From an uncultured bacterium (GTDB taxonomy: Bacteria; Verrucomicrobiota; Verrucomicrobiia; Verrucomicrobiales; DEV007), in contig CAXBMO010000007.1 of the NCBI GenBank assembly GCA_963977015.1, forward strand, positions 160,001 through 224,000: a DNA stretch of 64,000 nt, given 5' to 3'. A program made the position numbers and the translations under genes. Numbering within the stretch: the stretch's first letter is position 1; each line of letters opens with the position of its first letter. This document shows, piece by piece, positions 20,636 to 30,020 of this stretch. Below the pieces are notes generated by a model. It had not been told where the DNA came from and searched no databases. It saw only the letters and a list, made by a program, of their open reading frames with translations.

Positions 20636-20920
20636 ATGAATCTTAAGAGAATCCTCCCCTCCCTCTCTCTCCTCTTTGTCGCGTTTAGTCTCAGCAGCTG
20701 TGGAATGGCACGTCAAACCGTTGGCACCGCTGCAGGATTGACCAATTCCGTGCTCAATAATCCCGTTGGCACCGCAGCTGGGCTCACACGCACAGGAATC
20801 GCAACTGGGCGAAACCTCACCCGAACCGGAGCGAATACGCTCAATCGTGCAACTCGCTCGGCTGCGGAAATTGCTCCCTACGCGGCCACTGCGGCCTCCA
20901 TCTTTTCGCCCCTTCCCTGA
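20636..20920 (+). CDS. Small lipoprotein with internal VGTAAGLT repeat
   Basis: MNLKRIL...FSLSSC lipobox; VGTAAGLT occurs twice. Confidence 0.7.
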   Translation: MNLKRILPSLSLLFVAFSLSSCGMARQTVGTAAGLTNSVLNNPVGTAAGLTRTGIATGRNLTRTGANTLNRATRSAAEIAPYAATAASIFSPLP

Positions 20921-21033
20921 GTCTTAGACCAAATATCGGGTTGCGCCGTGCGTCGAAGGTTTCTACAATGATCCGCCGGGATTCCGGCGACCTACTGCAA
21001 ATCTCAGAAAAAGATCCAATCGCAGCATTTGTT

Positions 21034-21597
21034 ATGCAAAAAACCAACCTCAAAATCCTAGTTATGGGAGCGGCTGCCAGTCTTGGCGTCGGCTCTGTTC
21101 TAGCGCAAGACGACGAAAAAATCGATTTTGCCACGCAGATTTACCCAATGGTCAAAGGCAGTTGTGTGCAATGCCACCAGCCTTCCTATGAGTATGAGTC
21201 CAATGGCCGGACCCGGACCAAGCGCCCCAAAGCTGATCTTATTGTGTCGAGCAAGGAAGATTTCCTGAAGGGTGGAGAAAGCGGAGCCGTGATCGTTGCT
21301 GGAAAACCCGACGAGAGCGAGTTTCTCCACCGGACGCTTCTTCCGATTGATGACGACGATCATCAGCCACCAGAAGGCAAGTCTCCTCAGTGGTCCGATG
21401 CAGAGAAAGCCCTTTTCGCGAAATGGATCGAGCAAGGCGCCGACTTCGGCGACTGGGTCAAGGATGAAACACCCGGTGAAGTGACGAACGTCTGGGATGG
21501 CGACAAGGAAGAAGGAAGTCCCTGGTCTGGCAAAGAACTCGAAGCCGAGCAAGTGAGAGTCTTTGACGAGGAAGGCAATATTACGGTGAAGAGCTAA
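21034..21597 (+). CDS. Exported Planctomycete-type monoheme cytochrome c
   Basis: Signal peptide, IDFATQIYPMVKGSCVQCH, GGESG..IVAGKPDES, HQPP, WIEQGA. Confidence 0.85.
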   Translation: MQKTNLKILVMGAAASLGVGSVLAQDDEKIDFATQIYPMVKGSCVQCHQPSYEYESNGRTRTKRPKADLIVSSKEDFLKGGESGAVIVAGKPDESEFLHRTLLPIDDDDHQPPEGKSPQWSDAEKALFAKWIEQGADFGDWVKDETPGEVTNVWDGDKEEGSPWSGKELEAEQVRVFDEEGNITVKS

Positions 21598-21627
21598 ACC
21601 TGGCTGAAACAACCGTAGACCAATTCC

Positions 21628-21662
21628 AAGACCGGGCTGGATTTCCAGTCCGGTCTTTTTTT
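21628..21662 (+). terminator. Rho-independent terminator
   Basis: AAGACCGGGCTGG-attt-CCAGTCCGGTCTT followed by a T run. Confidence 0.85.
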
Positions 21663-21717
21663 GCTCTCCGACCTCTTTTTTCTGGGACGTGGTTGGGAAT
21701 TGCTGTTTGCTCGACCG

Positions 21718-22704
21718 ATGAAAAACCCCGTTTTCAGCGTTCTCTTCCTCACCGCAGTACTCGTTCCGGCTCATGCGCAGGATGCCGAGCTTCGCCTCGA
21801 GGGCAGGGTCGCCTTTACCGAGGGACCGGCGTGGCACCCGAGTGGAAATCTCTACTTCACCGATATTGAAAACAACCGGATCATGCGCCGGGACCCGAGC
21901 GGCAAATTTCACGTTTATCGGACTCCATCAGGAAAAGCAAACGGGTTGGTTTTCGACACCGAAGGACGATTGCACGCCTGCGAGGGAGGAGGCGAAGGCG
22001 GAAATCGGCGCATCACCCGCACCGAACTCGACGGGACGATATCGGTTCTTTCCGCCAACTACCAAGGTAACAAATACAACTCGCCCAACGATCTCGTTCT
22101 GGATCGTTCAGGCCGAATCTACTTTACCGACCCGCGTTACGGCGATCGCGACGACATGCAGATAACCGATGCGGAGGGAAAGGAAATCGAAGGCGTTTAT
22201 CGCATCGATCCCGATGGTTCCGTTCATCTAGTAATTACACACGAAGTGGAGCGGCCCAATGGCATTGCCTTGTCGAAGGACGGAACGTTTCTCTATGTCT
22301 GTGACAACATGAACGACACTCCGACCGGGAACCGCAAGTTGTGGCAATTTGAGGTGGGAGCCAACGGATCCATCAATCTGGAAAGCCAAAAGCAGCTGTT
22401 TGATTGGGGCACGGATCGCGGGCCGGACGGGATGACGGTGGGGCCTGACGGGAACCTCTACGTGACCGCGGGATTCAATTTTCCAAGTCCTCCCAATCAG
22501 ACTGCCGATCGATACAAAGCAGGTGTCTACGTTTTCTCTCCAGAAGCTGAACTCCTTCGCACCATTCCCGTCCCGATCGACATGATTACCAACTGCACGT
22601 TTGGAGGAGAGAACGGAAATACCTTGTTCATCACCGCAGGCCACAAGCTCTGGAGCCTTGAAATTGCGCCCTCGATTCCCAAGGCGATTCGCCCAACGCA
22701 ATAA
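21718..22704 (+). CDS. SMP-30/gluconolactonase/LRE family protein (exported)
   Basis: FTEGPAW, LYFTDI, NSPNDL, IYFTDP.YG, PNGIALS, PDGMTV, TNCTFGG. Confidence 0.93.
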   Translation: MKNPVFSVLFLTAVLVPAHAQDAELRLEGRVAFTEGPAWHPSGNLYFTDIENNRIMRRDPSGKFHVYRTPSGKANGLVFDTEGRLHACEGGGEGGNRRITRTELDGTISVLSANYQGNKYNSPNDLVLDRSGRIYFTDPRYGDRDDMQITDAEGKEIEGVYRIDPDGSVHLVITHEVERPNGIALSKDGTFLYVCDNMNDTPTGNRKLWQFEVGANGSINLESQKQLFDWGTDRGPDGMTVGPDGNLYVTAGFNFPSPPNQTADRYKAGVYVFSPEAELLRTIPVPIDMITNCTFGGENGNTLFITAGHKLWSLEIAPSIPKAIRPTQ

Positions 22705-22728
22705 CCAATTGCCCAAACGGGCCAGCCT

Positions 22729-23280
22729 TTAGGCAGCGGTAAACACCAATCGGCTCGGAGGCGAAGATGCAATCAAGCTGAAGGCGACGTCTTCACCAGA
22801 AACTTCCACCGTGGTTTCGGACTCAGGATGCGATTCGAAAAACAGGGTTTCCGTATCCGGTTCAGAATGCAAAATCATTTCTTCATCGGGTCCCGAAACC
22901 GGGCGCCCGGCTGCTTCCTCCAGATTCAGAAAGTAGGTTTCTCCCTCGGGCGCACCTGCGGTATAAACGAAACGTGCCGCGGCAGGCGTGTCAGCGTCTG
23001 GGGAAATCTGTGAGGAAGCATCATCTTCATCAACCAGTCCCCAAGGCTTGATCTGCGCTCCCACCTGGTTCAACGCGTTCTCAATGGAAACCGGTTGGAG
23101 CGGTTGAACGGATTCCTCCGAACTGGCGACCGTGACCGGCGGCGTATCGTGGGATGCATCAACTGACGATGGAGCCGAATCCATCTCGAAAAACCCGACG
23201 GGCGCCGCCGAGTAGAGAATTCTTGCCTCCAAAGATTCGAGAAGCAACTTCGGTTGGCGCGGATGGGAACTTGGATTCAT
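22729..23280 (-). CDS. Short acidic protein with N-terminal LEPR-XLL motif
   Basis: PRQPKLLLESLEARILYSA at the N-terminus; the rest is acidic and low in complexity. Confidence 0.7.
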   Translation of the reverse strand: MNPSSHPRQPKLLLESLEARILYSAAPVGFFEMDSAPSSVDASHDTPPVTVASSEESVQPLQPVSIENALNQVGAQIKPWGLVDEDDASSQISPDADTPAAARFVYTAGAPEGETYFLNLEEAAGRPVSGPDEEMILHSEPDTETLFFESHPESETTVEVSGEDVAFSLIASSPPSRLVFTAA

Positions 23281-23445
23281 TATGCCTATGTGGTTTTAGG
23301 CCCCGTTTTTGTGAGAATATACAAAACGGATGAAATTGCACTCGTTTTTTTGTTGGCCTGTCAAGGACCTCGGAATTCTACCAATGCCTCATCCCGGAAA
23401 AAACCGGAAACCTTCGCGAGAGATTTGGTTCGAGTTCCAAGCGCG

Positions 23446-23461
23446 GCGATAGGCCTATCGC
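23446..23461. other. Perfect 16-bp palindrome in intergenic DNA
   Basis: GCGATAGGCCTATCGC; could be a terminator stem for the MoxR-DUF58 unit or a binding site. Confidence 0.4.
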
Positions 23462-23505
23462 TCAGCCCAAACAATGAGAGAGCAGGCTAGTTTACGGATG
23501 ATGCT

Positions 23506-24405
23506 CTAGCTTATCGACTTCAGGAATTCCACAACACGCTGTCTGAGTTCTGGATTGGCCCGGTTCTCAGTTCGAGCGAACGCCGCTTCATCCAGATCTG
23601 ACCGAATTTGTGCCAAGTTCGCCCGCAAATTCGCAGGCAGAACACTGAGCTTGTCAATCTCACCTCGGCTTAAGGAAGCGAGATCCACATCGAACCTCTC
23701 CTTCATTGCGGTTTCGAGAACGGCCCGTATTTCAGTTTCGCTGGATGCGTCCCTCAAAGCGACAAGGGCGGAAGCGCCCGGCTTCTCAGCGGATTCAGAT
23801 ACGACAGCTTTCTCTCCAAACAAACGCGCCTTCCAATAGCGGAATCGCAATCCTCCCCAAACCGCAATGATGAGGGTGATCGACACCCAACGTATCCACC
23901 CGCGATCCGGTCGAATCGATTTCACGGCGGGCTTCAGCTCTGCGTCGAGCGGATCACCTTCCACCATCGAAGAAATAGTGTAGGGAATCGGCTCGGTCGT
24001 GATCGTCAGTGGGATGCTCGATTCATCATTCGGCCAAAAAACCAGGGTGAGTTCGGGAATCTGCCCCTCTCCGGGCAAATTGGGCAGCAAACGATAGTCC
24101 CAGCGATCAACAATGAACCCCGCGCTCTCTTTTCCGGAAATGGACTTCTCGACCTTCGCCAACGCAAACTCTGGCATCGCCGCGATCGAACGATACGGCG
24201 GCTCGGGCTTGAACCTGCGTTGGTTCCCGGTTTCCTTCATTTCAGCCATCGGAACTTCCGGCACGACCATCGTAACGCTCAATGTCAGGGTATCCGCAAC
24301 GGTCGCCTGCTCCGGCACCTTCAGTTCCACGAACGCCCGCACGGGCCCATTCTCATAGGAACTCGCCTCAAGCAGGAAAAGAATCGGGATCAGCAGGCTA
24401 ACCAT
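23506..24405 (-). CDS. BatD-like/MoxR-operon membrane-anchored hypothetical protein
   Basis: Signal peptide, beta-rich domain, one internal TM (WVSITLIIAVWGGL), helical tail; overlaps the DUF58 stop. Confidence 0.7.
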   Translation of the reverse strand: MVSLLIPILFLLEASSYENGPVRAFVELKVPEQATVADTLTLSVTMVVPEVPMAEMKETGNQRRFKPEPPYRSIAAMPEFALAKVEKSISGKESAGFIVDRWDYRLLPNLPGEGQIPELTLVFWPNDESSIPLTITTEPIPYTISSMVEGDPLDAELKPAVKSIRPDRGWIRWVSITLIIAVWGGLRFRYWKARLFGEKAVVSESAEKPGASALVALRDASSETEIRAVLETAMKERFDVDLASLSRGEIDKLSVLPANLRANLAQIRSDLDEAAFARTENRANPELRQRVVEFLKSIS

Positions 24406-25285
24406 GATGGTTCCCCCTTCGCTTCCGAATTCGCTCCTTCAGGAAACTGTGCAGGGCTCCAACATAATCGTGCCCGACCCAAAGCGAAAATTGATCGACT
24501 CCAGCCGCATCCAACTCCTGCCAAAGTTCCGATCGCTCCTCCTGAGCCGTCTCCGCAAACGAGGAGCGAACCTTGCGATCGCCGGAATCCACCACAATCA
24601 TTTCGCCGCTTTCCGCATCCCTGATCCGGACCAAACCGGCTGCGGGCAACTCCACCTCGTGAGGATCCACGACCGAAACCGCCACCACGTCATGGGATCG
24701 CGCAGCAGCTTGCATGGCATCGAAAAATCCACGGGTTTGGAAGTCGGAAATCACGAACACGACCGCTCGGCGCTTCGCGATATGCATCAACATCTCGAGC
24801 GGCTCGTTCAGGTTCGTTCCCGAAGAAGCCGGCTGATGTGTCAGCGTCTCATACACGATCTGCGACACATGAACACGCCCCTTCGCGGGAGGCAGATGTC
24901 GCTCCACCTGATCCGTGAACAAGATCAGCCCCACCCGGTCATGATTCGCCGCCGCCGAATGAGCAAGCAAACCGGCCAATTCCGCCGCCGCTTCCCGCTT
25001 CGTCTGGTCGCTGCTCCCGTAATTTTCCGAAGCGGAAACATCGACGAGCAGATACACCGTCAAATCGCGTTCCTCGATAAAGCGCTTCACAAACGGCTCG
25101 CCGGTTCGCGCCGTCACGTTCCAATCGATCGTCCTCACCTCGTCTCCAGGCTGATAGGGGCGCACCTCGTCGAATTCGATGCCCCGCCCCTTGAAGACAC
25201 TCAAATACTCCCCGGCCAACAATTCTTCAACCGCCTGTCGACACCGAATTTGTAGGGATTGGAATTGGAGGTCTGAGTCAGTCAC
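24398..25285 (-). CDS. DUF58 domain protein
   Basis: SVFKGRGIEFDEVRPYQPGDEVRTIDWNVTAR, EERDL, DVSAS, ISDF; GTG start. Confidence 0.95.
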   Translation of the reverse strand: MTDSDLQFQSLQIRCRQAVEELLAGEYLSVFKGRGIEFDEVRPYQPGDEVRTIDWNVTARTGEPFVKRFIEERDLTVYLLVDVSASENYGSSDQTKREAAAELAGLLAHSAAANHDRVGLILFTDQVERHLPPAKGRVHVSQIVYETLTHQPASSGTNLNEPLEMLMHIAKRRAVVFVISDFQTRGFFDAMQAAARSHDVVAVSVVDPHEVELPAAGLVRIRDAESGEMIVVDSGDRKVRSSFAETAQEERSELWQELDAAGVDQFSLWVGHDYVGALHSFLKERIRKRRGNHHG

Positions 25286-25390
25286 TACGGTGAATCTGAC
25301 TTTCGGTGGATTGAACCGTTCGTAAAGACGGAAATCCTCCCGTCATTGCCAGTTTGAGCTTCCGCGGCGCAGTGTTACTATCAGTTCAGC

Positions 25391-25948
25391 ATGAGTGAAG
25401 CCGTCGCCTTCCAAAAAGAAACCATTTCCATCGCGGACTATCTCGATGGTGAGCCGTTTGCATTGGAGCGCCACGAGTATGCGAATGGGCAAGTGTTCGC
25501 GATGGCGGGAGCCAGTGAAGATCACGAGACAGTAGCAGGGAATTTGTTTGTGCACCTGCATCTCCATACAAAGGGTAAGGGATGTCGCGTGTTTAAAGGC
25601 GATATGAAGCTCCGGCTTTCGCTCAACGAAGCCGACCTGTTTTACTACCCCGACATCATGGTGACCTGTGATCCTCGGGATACGGATCCCATTTTCAAAA
25701 AGCATCCCAAAGTGCTGATTGAAGTGATGAGCGACTACAACAAGGACCACGTCGAAAAACTGTTCGCCTACCAGCAGATCGAAACCCTTCAGGAATACCT
25801 CATCATCGATCAAGATCCCACAGAGAAAAAGGCGTGGCTCTATCGGCGAGAAACCAATTGGGCCAAGGAAGAGGGAGCGCCTGACGGGGTCGTTTCCCTG
25901 GCGCCCCTCGATTTTTCCATTCCTCTGGCCGAGCTCTACGAAGTCTAA
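25391..25948 (+). CDS. Uma2 family (PD-(D/E)xK) putative endonuclease
   Basis: RHEYANGQVFAMAGAS..H, YYPDIMVTCD, P.VLIEVMS, K..AY, EYLIIDQ. Confidence 0.92.
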   Translation: MSEAVAFQKETISIADYLDGEPFALERHEYANGQVFAMAGASEDHETVAGNLFVHLHLHTKGKGCRVFKGDMKLRLSLNEADLFYYPDIMVTCDPRDTDPIFKKHPKVLIEVMSDYNKDHVEKLFAYQQIETLQEYLIIDQDPTEKKAWLYRRETNWAKEEGAPDGVVSLAPLDFSIPLAELYEV

Positions 25949-26928
25949 CTCGGCACGGGCACTTTCTTAAAAATCTGCTCCACCACCTCGTCCGGCGTCA
26001 CGTCTTTCGCTTCCGCCTTGTAGGTCAGCGCGATCCGGTGTCGCATCACTTCGTTCGCAATCGCCCGAACGTCAGCCGGCAACACGTAATCCCGTCCATC
26101 CATCATCGCACACGCCTTGCTAGCCTTCGCCAGATTGATGCTGGCGCGCGGGGATGCCCCATGGCGAATCATCGGCCCCAGCTCTTCCAACCCGTAGGTC
26201 TCGGGATGACGCGTGGCATCGACAATGTGGAGAATGTAGCTCTCCACGGTATCCTTCATAAAAACCTCATCCAGCGACTTCCGCAGCTTGAGAATTTCCG
26301 GTCCGCCCGCGATCGAAGAAACCTCCAAGTCCGGACTGCTCTGCGCCATCTTGCGCATGATCTTCTGCTCCTGCTCAAGCGTCGGATATTTCACGATCAC
26401 CTTGAATAGAAACCGGTCGAGCTGGGCCTCGGGCAGTGGATAGGTTCCCTCTTGTTCGATCGGGTTCTGCGTCGCCAACACCATGTAGGGCTCATCCAAT
26501 TTAAAGCTTTCCTCCCCGATCGAGACCTGTTTCTCCTGCATCGCCTCCAGCAGCGCACTCTGCACCTTGGCCGGCGAACGGTTGATCTCGTCCGCCAACA
26601 GGATGTTGGAAAAGACCGGCCCCTTCTGCGTATGGAACTCCCCGGTCTTCGGATGAAAAACCAGCGTACCAACCAAATCCCCCGGCAACAAATCCGGGGT
26701 AAACTGAATCCGATTGAAATCGACATCCAGCGCCTTCGCCAACGTGCTCACCAACAGCGTCTTCGCCAATCCCGGGACGCCCTCGATCAAGACGTGCCCG
26801 CTGCAAAGCATCGCAATGAGCAATCGTTCAACGACCTCTTCCTGACCCACCACCACCTTCGCAATTTCATCGCGAATCCGGCTCAAAACCTTCTGTTCTT
26901 CGGCAAATACTTTGGGGGCTGTCGCCAT
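25945..26928 (-). CDS. MoxR family AAA+ ATPase
   Basis: [75 protein letters not shown]. Confidence 0.97.
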   Translation of the reverse strand: MATAPKVFAEEQKVLSRIRDEIAKVVVGQEEVVERLLIAMLCSGHVLIEGVPGLAKTLLVSTLAKALDVDFNRIQFTPDLLPGDLVGTLVFHPKTGEFHTQKGPVFSNILLADEINRSPAKVQSALLEAMQEKQVSIGEESFKLDEPYMVLATQNPIEQEGTYPLPEAQLDRFLFKVIVKYPTLEQEQKIMRKMAQSSPDLEVSSIAGGPEILKLRKSLDEVFMKDTVESYILHIVDATRHPETYGLEELGPMIRHGASPRASINLAKASKACAMMDGRDYVLPADVRAIANEVMRHRIALTYKAEAKDVTPDEVVEQIFKKVPVPS

Positions 26929-27173
26929 AGGAACGCCGATCTTCGCGGCTTGTCGCGAAACATGCAAGTCCAGGCTTCAAATCGGGTCCTCAAGGACGGC
27001 CGATTGCCCGACATCGATTCGAGGCCAGCGCGAAAGCTGGTGTTGGCCGTGCGAAGCAACGGACGCGGAATCGGCGAAACTGGATGAGATCCCTGGAACC
27101 CGCCCAAACCGCGGGAATCGCCCCTTCGACCAAGAACAACTCGCCCACGACATTGCTGTTTGCCGCCGTGGAG

Positions 27174-27255
27174 CGTCGCGTAGCGACTGTTGATGTTAGC
27201 CGTGGGTTCTCAACCCACGGAGCCAAGGAGTCGAGCCATGCGTCGCGTAGCGACT
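27174..27255 (+). repeat. REP/REPIN-like three-hairpin element (left copy)
   Basis: GTCGC-GTA-GCGAC, then TAG-CCGTGGGTT-ctc-AACCCACGG, then a second GTCGC-GTA-GCGAC. Confidence 0.85.
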
Positions 27256-27296
27256 GCTCAAACAGGGAAACCGCCAACCGAAATCCCGAAACGTGC

Positions 27297-27749
27297 TCAG
27301 CCCCACAGATACCGCTCGTCATATTCCACGCCGTGTTTTTTCAGGAGCGCGACGTATTCTTCCTCGAAGGTTCGCTTCTGATGATGCTCGCGCTGATTGG
27401 CGATGTATTGGATGACGTCCGGCGCGGCGGAGGAGCTGACGGTGAATGCCGAGTAACCGTCTTGCCAACTAAAACGCGTTTTCAAAAGTCCCGATTGATT
27501 GATGGCGTTGGAGGAACCTCCTTTGAGACGTTTCATGGCTTCGGATATTGTCAGGGTTTTTGGGATGTCGATGAGGGCGTGGATATGGTTTTCGATGCCG
27601 CCAATTCGTCTTGCATGCATGCCGTGGGTTTTGCCGGTTTCGGCGATGATGGCCCAGAGGCGTTCTTCGATTTCGGGCGCGATCAACATTTCCCGGTTCT
27701 TCGTGCTGAATACGCAATGGTAAAGAAGTTCGGTATACGTGTTAGCCAT
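27297..27749 (-). mobile_element. tnpA: IS200/IS605-family (RAYT-like) Y1 tyrosine transposase TnpA
   Basis: YHCVFSTKNR, HUH motif NHIH, LKGGSS, WQDGYSAFTVS, catalytic Y in QYIANQ..HH, DERYLW; no tnpB follows. Confidence 0.93.
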
Positions 27750-27771
27750 TCTTGAGCTTAATCTGGTGATC

Positions 27772-27853
27772 GGTCGCTATGCGACGAATTTTTGGCCGAC
27801 GCTTTCCGTGGATTGAGAACCCACGGCTAACATGAACGGTCGCTGACGCGACG
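27772..27853 (-). repeat. REP/REPIN-like three-hairpin element (right copy, inverted)
   Basis: Reverse complement reads GTCGCGTCAGCGAC-cgttcat-GTTAGCCGTGGGTTCTCAATCCACGG-spacer-GTCGCATAGCGAC, matching the left copy. Confidence 0.85.
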
Positions 27854-27907
27854 TGTCGGAGCCACTTACCGGTATGGCAGCTCGCCACAGCCCAATGTAT
27901 CGCTCGA

Positions 27908-28085
27908 ATGACTGTCCTTTGGTGGCTTGTTTGCTGAGAATCCCCCTCTCCCAAATCCACTTCAGCTCGTGCATGATGCAAAACCTGCTGCGGCCGATTC
28001 CGACGGAGGATCCGGAGCTTTTTCTGATTCTCGGCGACCATGTTTACGCTGATACCGATGACCTGGCGATGGCGCCGTATTTGTC
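27908..28085 (+). pseudogene. Degenerate 5' fragment of a PhoD phosphatase
   Basis: PLSQIHFSSCM...EDPELFLILGDHVYADTDDLAM aligns with PLSRIHFGSCI...DEPELFLFLGDNIYADTDDMAV of the 28984 gene; the start is frameshifted and the rest is missing. Confidence 0.75.
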
Positions 28086-28106
28086 CACGCCGCTCAACTG
28101 GCTTCT

Positions 28107-28565
28107 TTACTTTCGGAGGGCATCCAGGCACTCCACCATCACCTCCAACGAGTCGCCCAATCGATGATTGTCATCGACGGCGACGAGCCGCGCTTCGTCC
28201 AGGCCACTGTTTGCGAGCAGTTCCTGGCTGTGGGCGAAGGGAATCGTCTCATCGCGGGTGCCATGCAAAATGATGGTGTTCGGGCCGACGCGAGTTGCCC
28301 GACCCCAGTTTTTCCAGGCCGGGCAGAGCAAGAGTAGCGGCGTATCGCCAAGCTCCAGGTTCGCGGCAACCGCGCCACCGCGGGAGGAACCAATCACGAC
28401 ATCCGGAGCCTGACGATCAAGCTCAGCCTGGGCGATGCTTACGGCTTCGTCAAAGTCTTCGTTCGGCAACGCAGGGTTCAGCACCTCGTGCCCGTAGTTA
28501 ACGAGAAAGGTGGGTTTCGTCCCGCCCGGTTTGCTGTGCCATCCATGGAGGAAGAGAATTCTCAT
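28107..28565 (-). CDS. Small alpha/beta hydrolase (YqiA-like)
   Basis: ILFLHGWHS, GSSRGG nucleophile elbow, LHGTRDE.I, DDNHRL. Confidence 0.88.
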   Translation of the reverse strand: MRILFLHGWHSKPGGTKPTFLVNYGHEVLNPALPNEDFDEAVSIAQAELDRQAPDVVIGSSRGGAVAANLELGDTPLLLLCPAWKNWGRATRVGPNTIILHGTRDETIPFAHSQELLANSGLDEARLVAVDDNHRLGDSLEVMVECLDALRK

Positions 28566-28615
28566 GTTAGGGACAGAATCGCCATCTGCGGAGTCAATGC
28601 AAATTGGCCGCCCAA

Positions 28616-28897
28616 CTATTCGACCCACTTTCCTGCCGCGTCCGTGATGACAACGCGCTCCTCATCAACGCTCTTCACCAACTTCGACGCGACCCGCAGC
28701 GCATCGATCAAGCTGTCAATCTGCTCAAACTGCATCATGGGTCCACCGGATCGAACGTTGACTGAAAACGGGGGCAGAAATTCGCTGGAAGGAATGGTTT
28801 CCGGTGTGTCTTCGTCGCCGCTCGACACCTCGACATCGCCTTGGCCAAACTTCCGCCGAACCATGGAAAAAAACGATCGCACAATGGGTTTCACCAT
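28616..28897 (-). CDS. Hypothetical protein
   Basis: Fills the gap co-directionally with the hydrolase; protein-like composition; start uncertain. Confidence 0.45.
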   Translation of the reverse strand: MVKPIVRSFFSMVRRKFGQGDVEVSSGDEDTPETIPSSEFLPPFSVNVRSGGPMMQFEQIDSLIDALRVASKLVKSVDEERVVITDAAGKWVE

Positions 28898-28983
28898 TGA
28901 TTCCTTACGCCTGATTGCAGCCGAGAGAGACATCCAGACATTGGCTTGCACAAGTCGCCCCGCGATCGCTATGCTGCGAGAAC

Positions 28984-30012
28984 ATGACCGCAATCCTTTC
29001 CCTCATTCTCCTGGTTCTTGTCACCACCGCGACGGGAGAAGAACCTCTCAGCCGAATCCATTTCGGCTCATGCATTAAACAGGAACAACCCCTGCCGATC
29101 TTCCAAACGATTCTGGCTGATGAACCGGAGTTGTTCCTCTTTCTCGGCGATAATATTTATGCGGACACAGACGATATGGCGGTGATGCGGGCGAAGTATG
29201 CCAAGCTGAACCAGGATCCGGGATTCTCGTTATTGCGGGCGAGTTGCCCGATCCTGGCAACTTGGGATGATCATGATTTTGGGAAGAACGATGCGGGAGC
29301 GGAGTATCCGCACAAGGCGGCGGCGCAGCGGATTTTCATGGATTTTTGGGGTGAGGCGCCGGGTTCACCGAGGAGGATGCGGGAGGGAATTTATGATGCG
29401 GTGAGGATTGGGCCCGAAGGGAAACGGGTGCAGGTGATCCTGCTGGATTGCCGCTATTTTCGCGGGCCGCTGAAAACCGGGGAGCGGCGCGTTGGCGGGA
29501 AATACTATCCTGACGCGAATCCTGAGATTCCGATGTTGGGCGAGGCGCAGTGGGCTTGGTTGGAGGCGGAGTTTCGCAAGCCGGCAGAGCTGCGAATCTT
29601 GGCAACGGGAATTCAGTTCCTCGCGGAGGCGGCGGGGCAGGAGACGTGGTCGAATCTGCCGAGCGAGCGACGACGGATGATCGATCTCATCGCGAAGACG
29701 CAGGCAGGTGGAGTGATTTTTTTAAGTGGCGACCGCCATTGGGCGGATCTGTCCGTGCAGACGGAGGAGGTGCCGTATCCGCTCTATGATTTGACGTCCA
29801 GCGCGTTGAATCAGATCCATCCTCGCGGCACGCCAACCGAGAATCGATTTCGGGCGATCAAGGCTCCCAAATCGACATATCACCAGCCGAATTACGGAGT
29901 GGTCGGGATTGATTGGGAAACGTCCACCGTCCAGTTGGAGATTCGCGATGCGGCCGGCAAGACACAGATTTCGCGTCAGGTATCGCTGGAGGCGTTGCGA
30001 CAAGCGCCGTGA
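28984..30012 (+). CDS. Alkaline phosphatase D (PhoD) family protein
   Basis: Signal peptide, FGSC, LGDNIYAD, TWDDHD, LLDCRYFR, LGEAQWAWLE, SGDRH. Confidence 0.92.
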   Translation: MTAILSLILLVLVTTATGEEPLSRIHFGSCIKQEQPLPIFQTILADEPELFLFLGDNIYADTDDMAVMRAKYAKLNQDPGFSLLRASCPILATWDDHDFGKNDAGAEYPHKAAAQRIFMDFWGEAPGSPRRMREGIYDAVRIGPEGKRVQVILLDCRYFRGPLKTGERRVGGKYYPDANPEIPMLGEAQWAWLEAEFRKPAELRILATGIQFLAEAAGQETWSNLPSERRRMIDLIAKTQAGGVIFLSGDRHWADLSVQTEEVPYPLYDLTSSALNQIHPRGTPTENRFRAIKAPKSTYHQPNYGVVGIDWETSTVQLEIRDAAGKTQISRQVSLEALRQAP

Positions 30013-30020
30013 GATCCACT

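Noticed and set aside
27174-27853. CRISPR-like array
   Set aside because: Only two inverted composite units flanking a transposase; no direct repeat-spacer periodicity and no cas genes.
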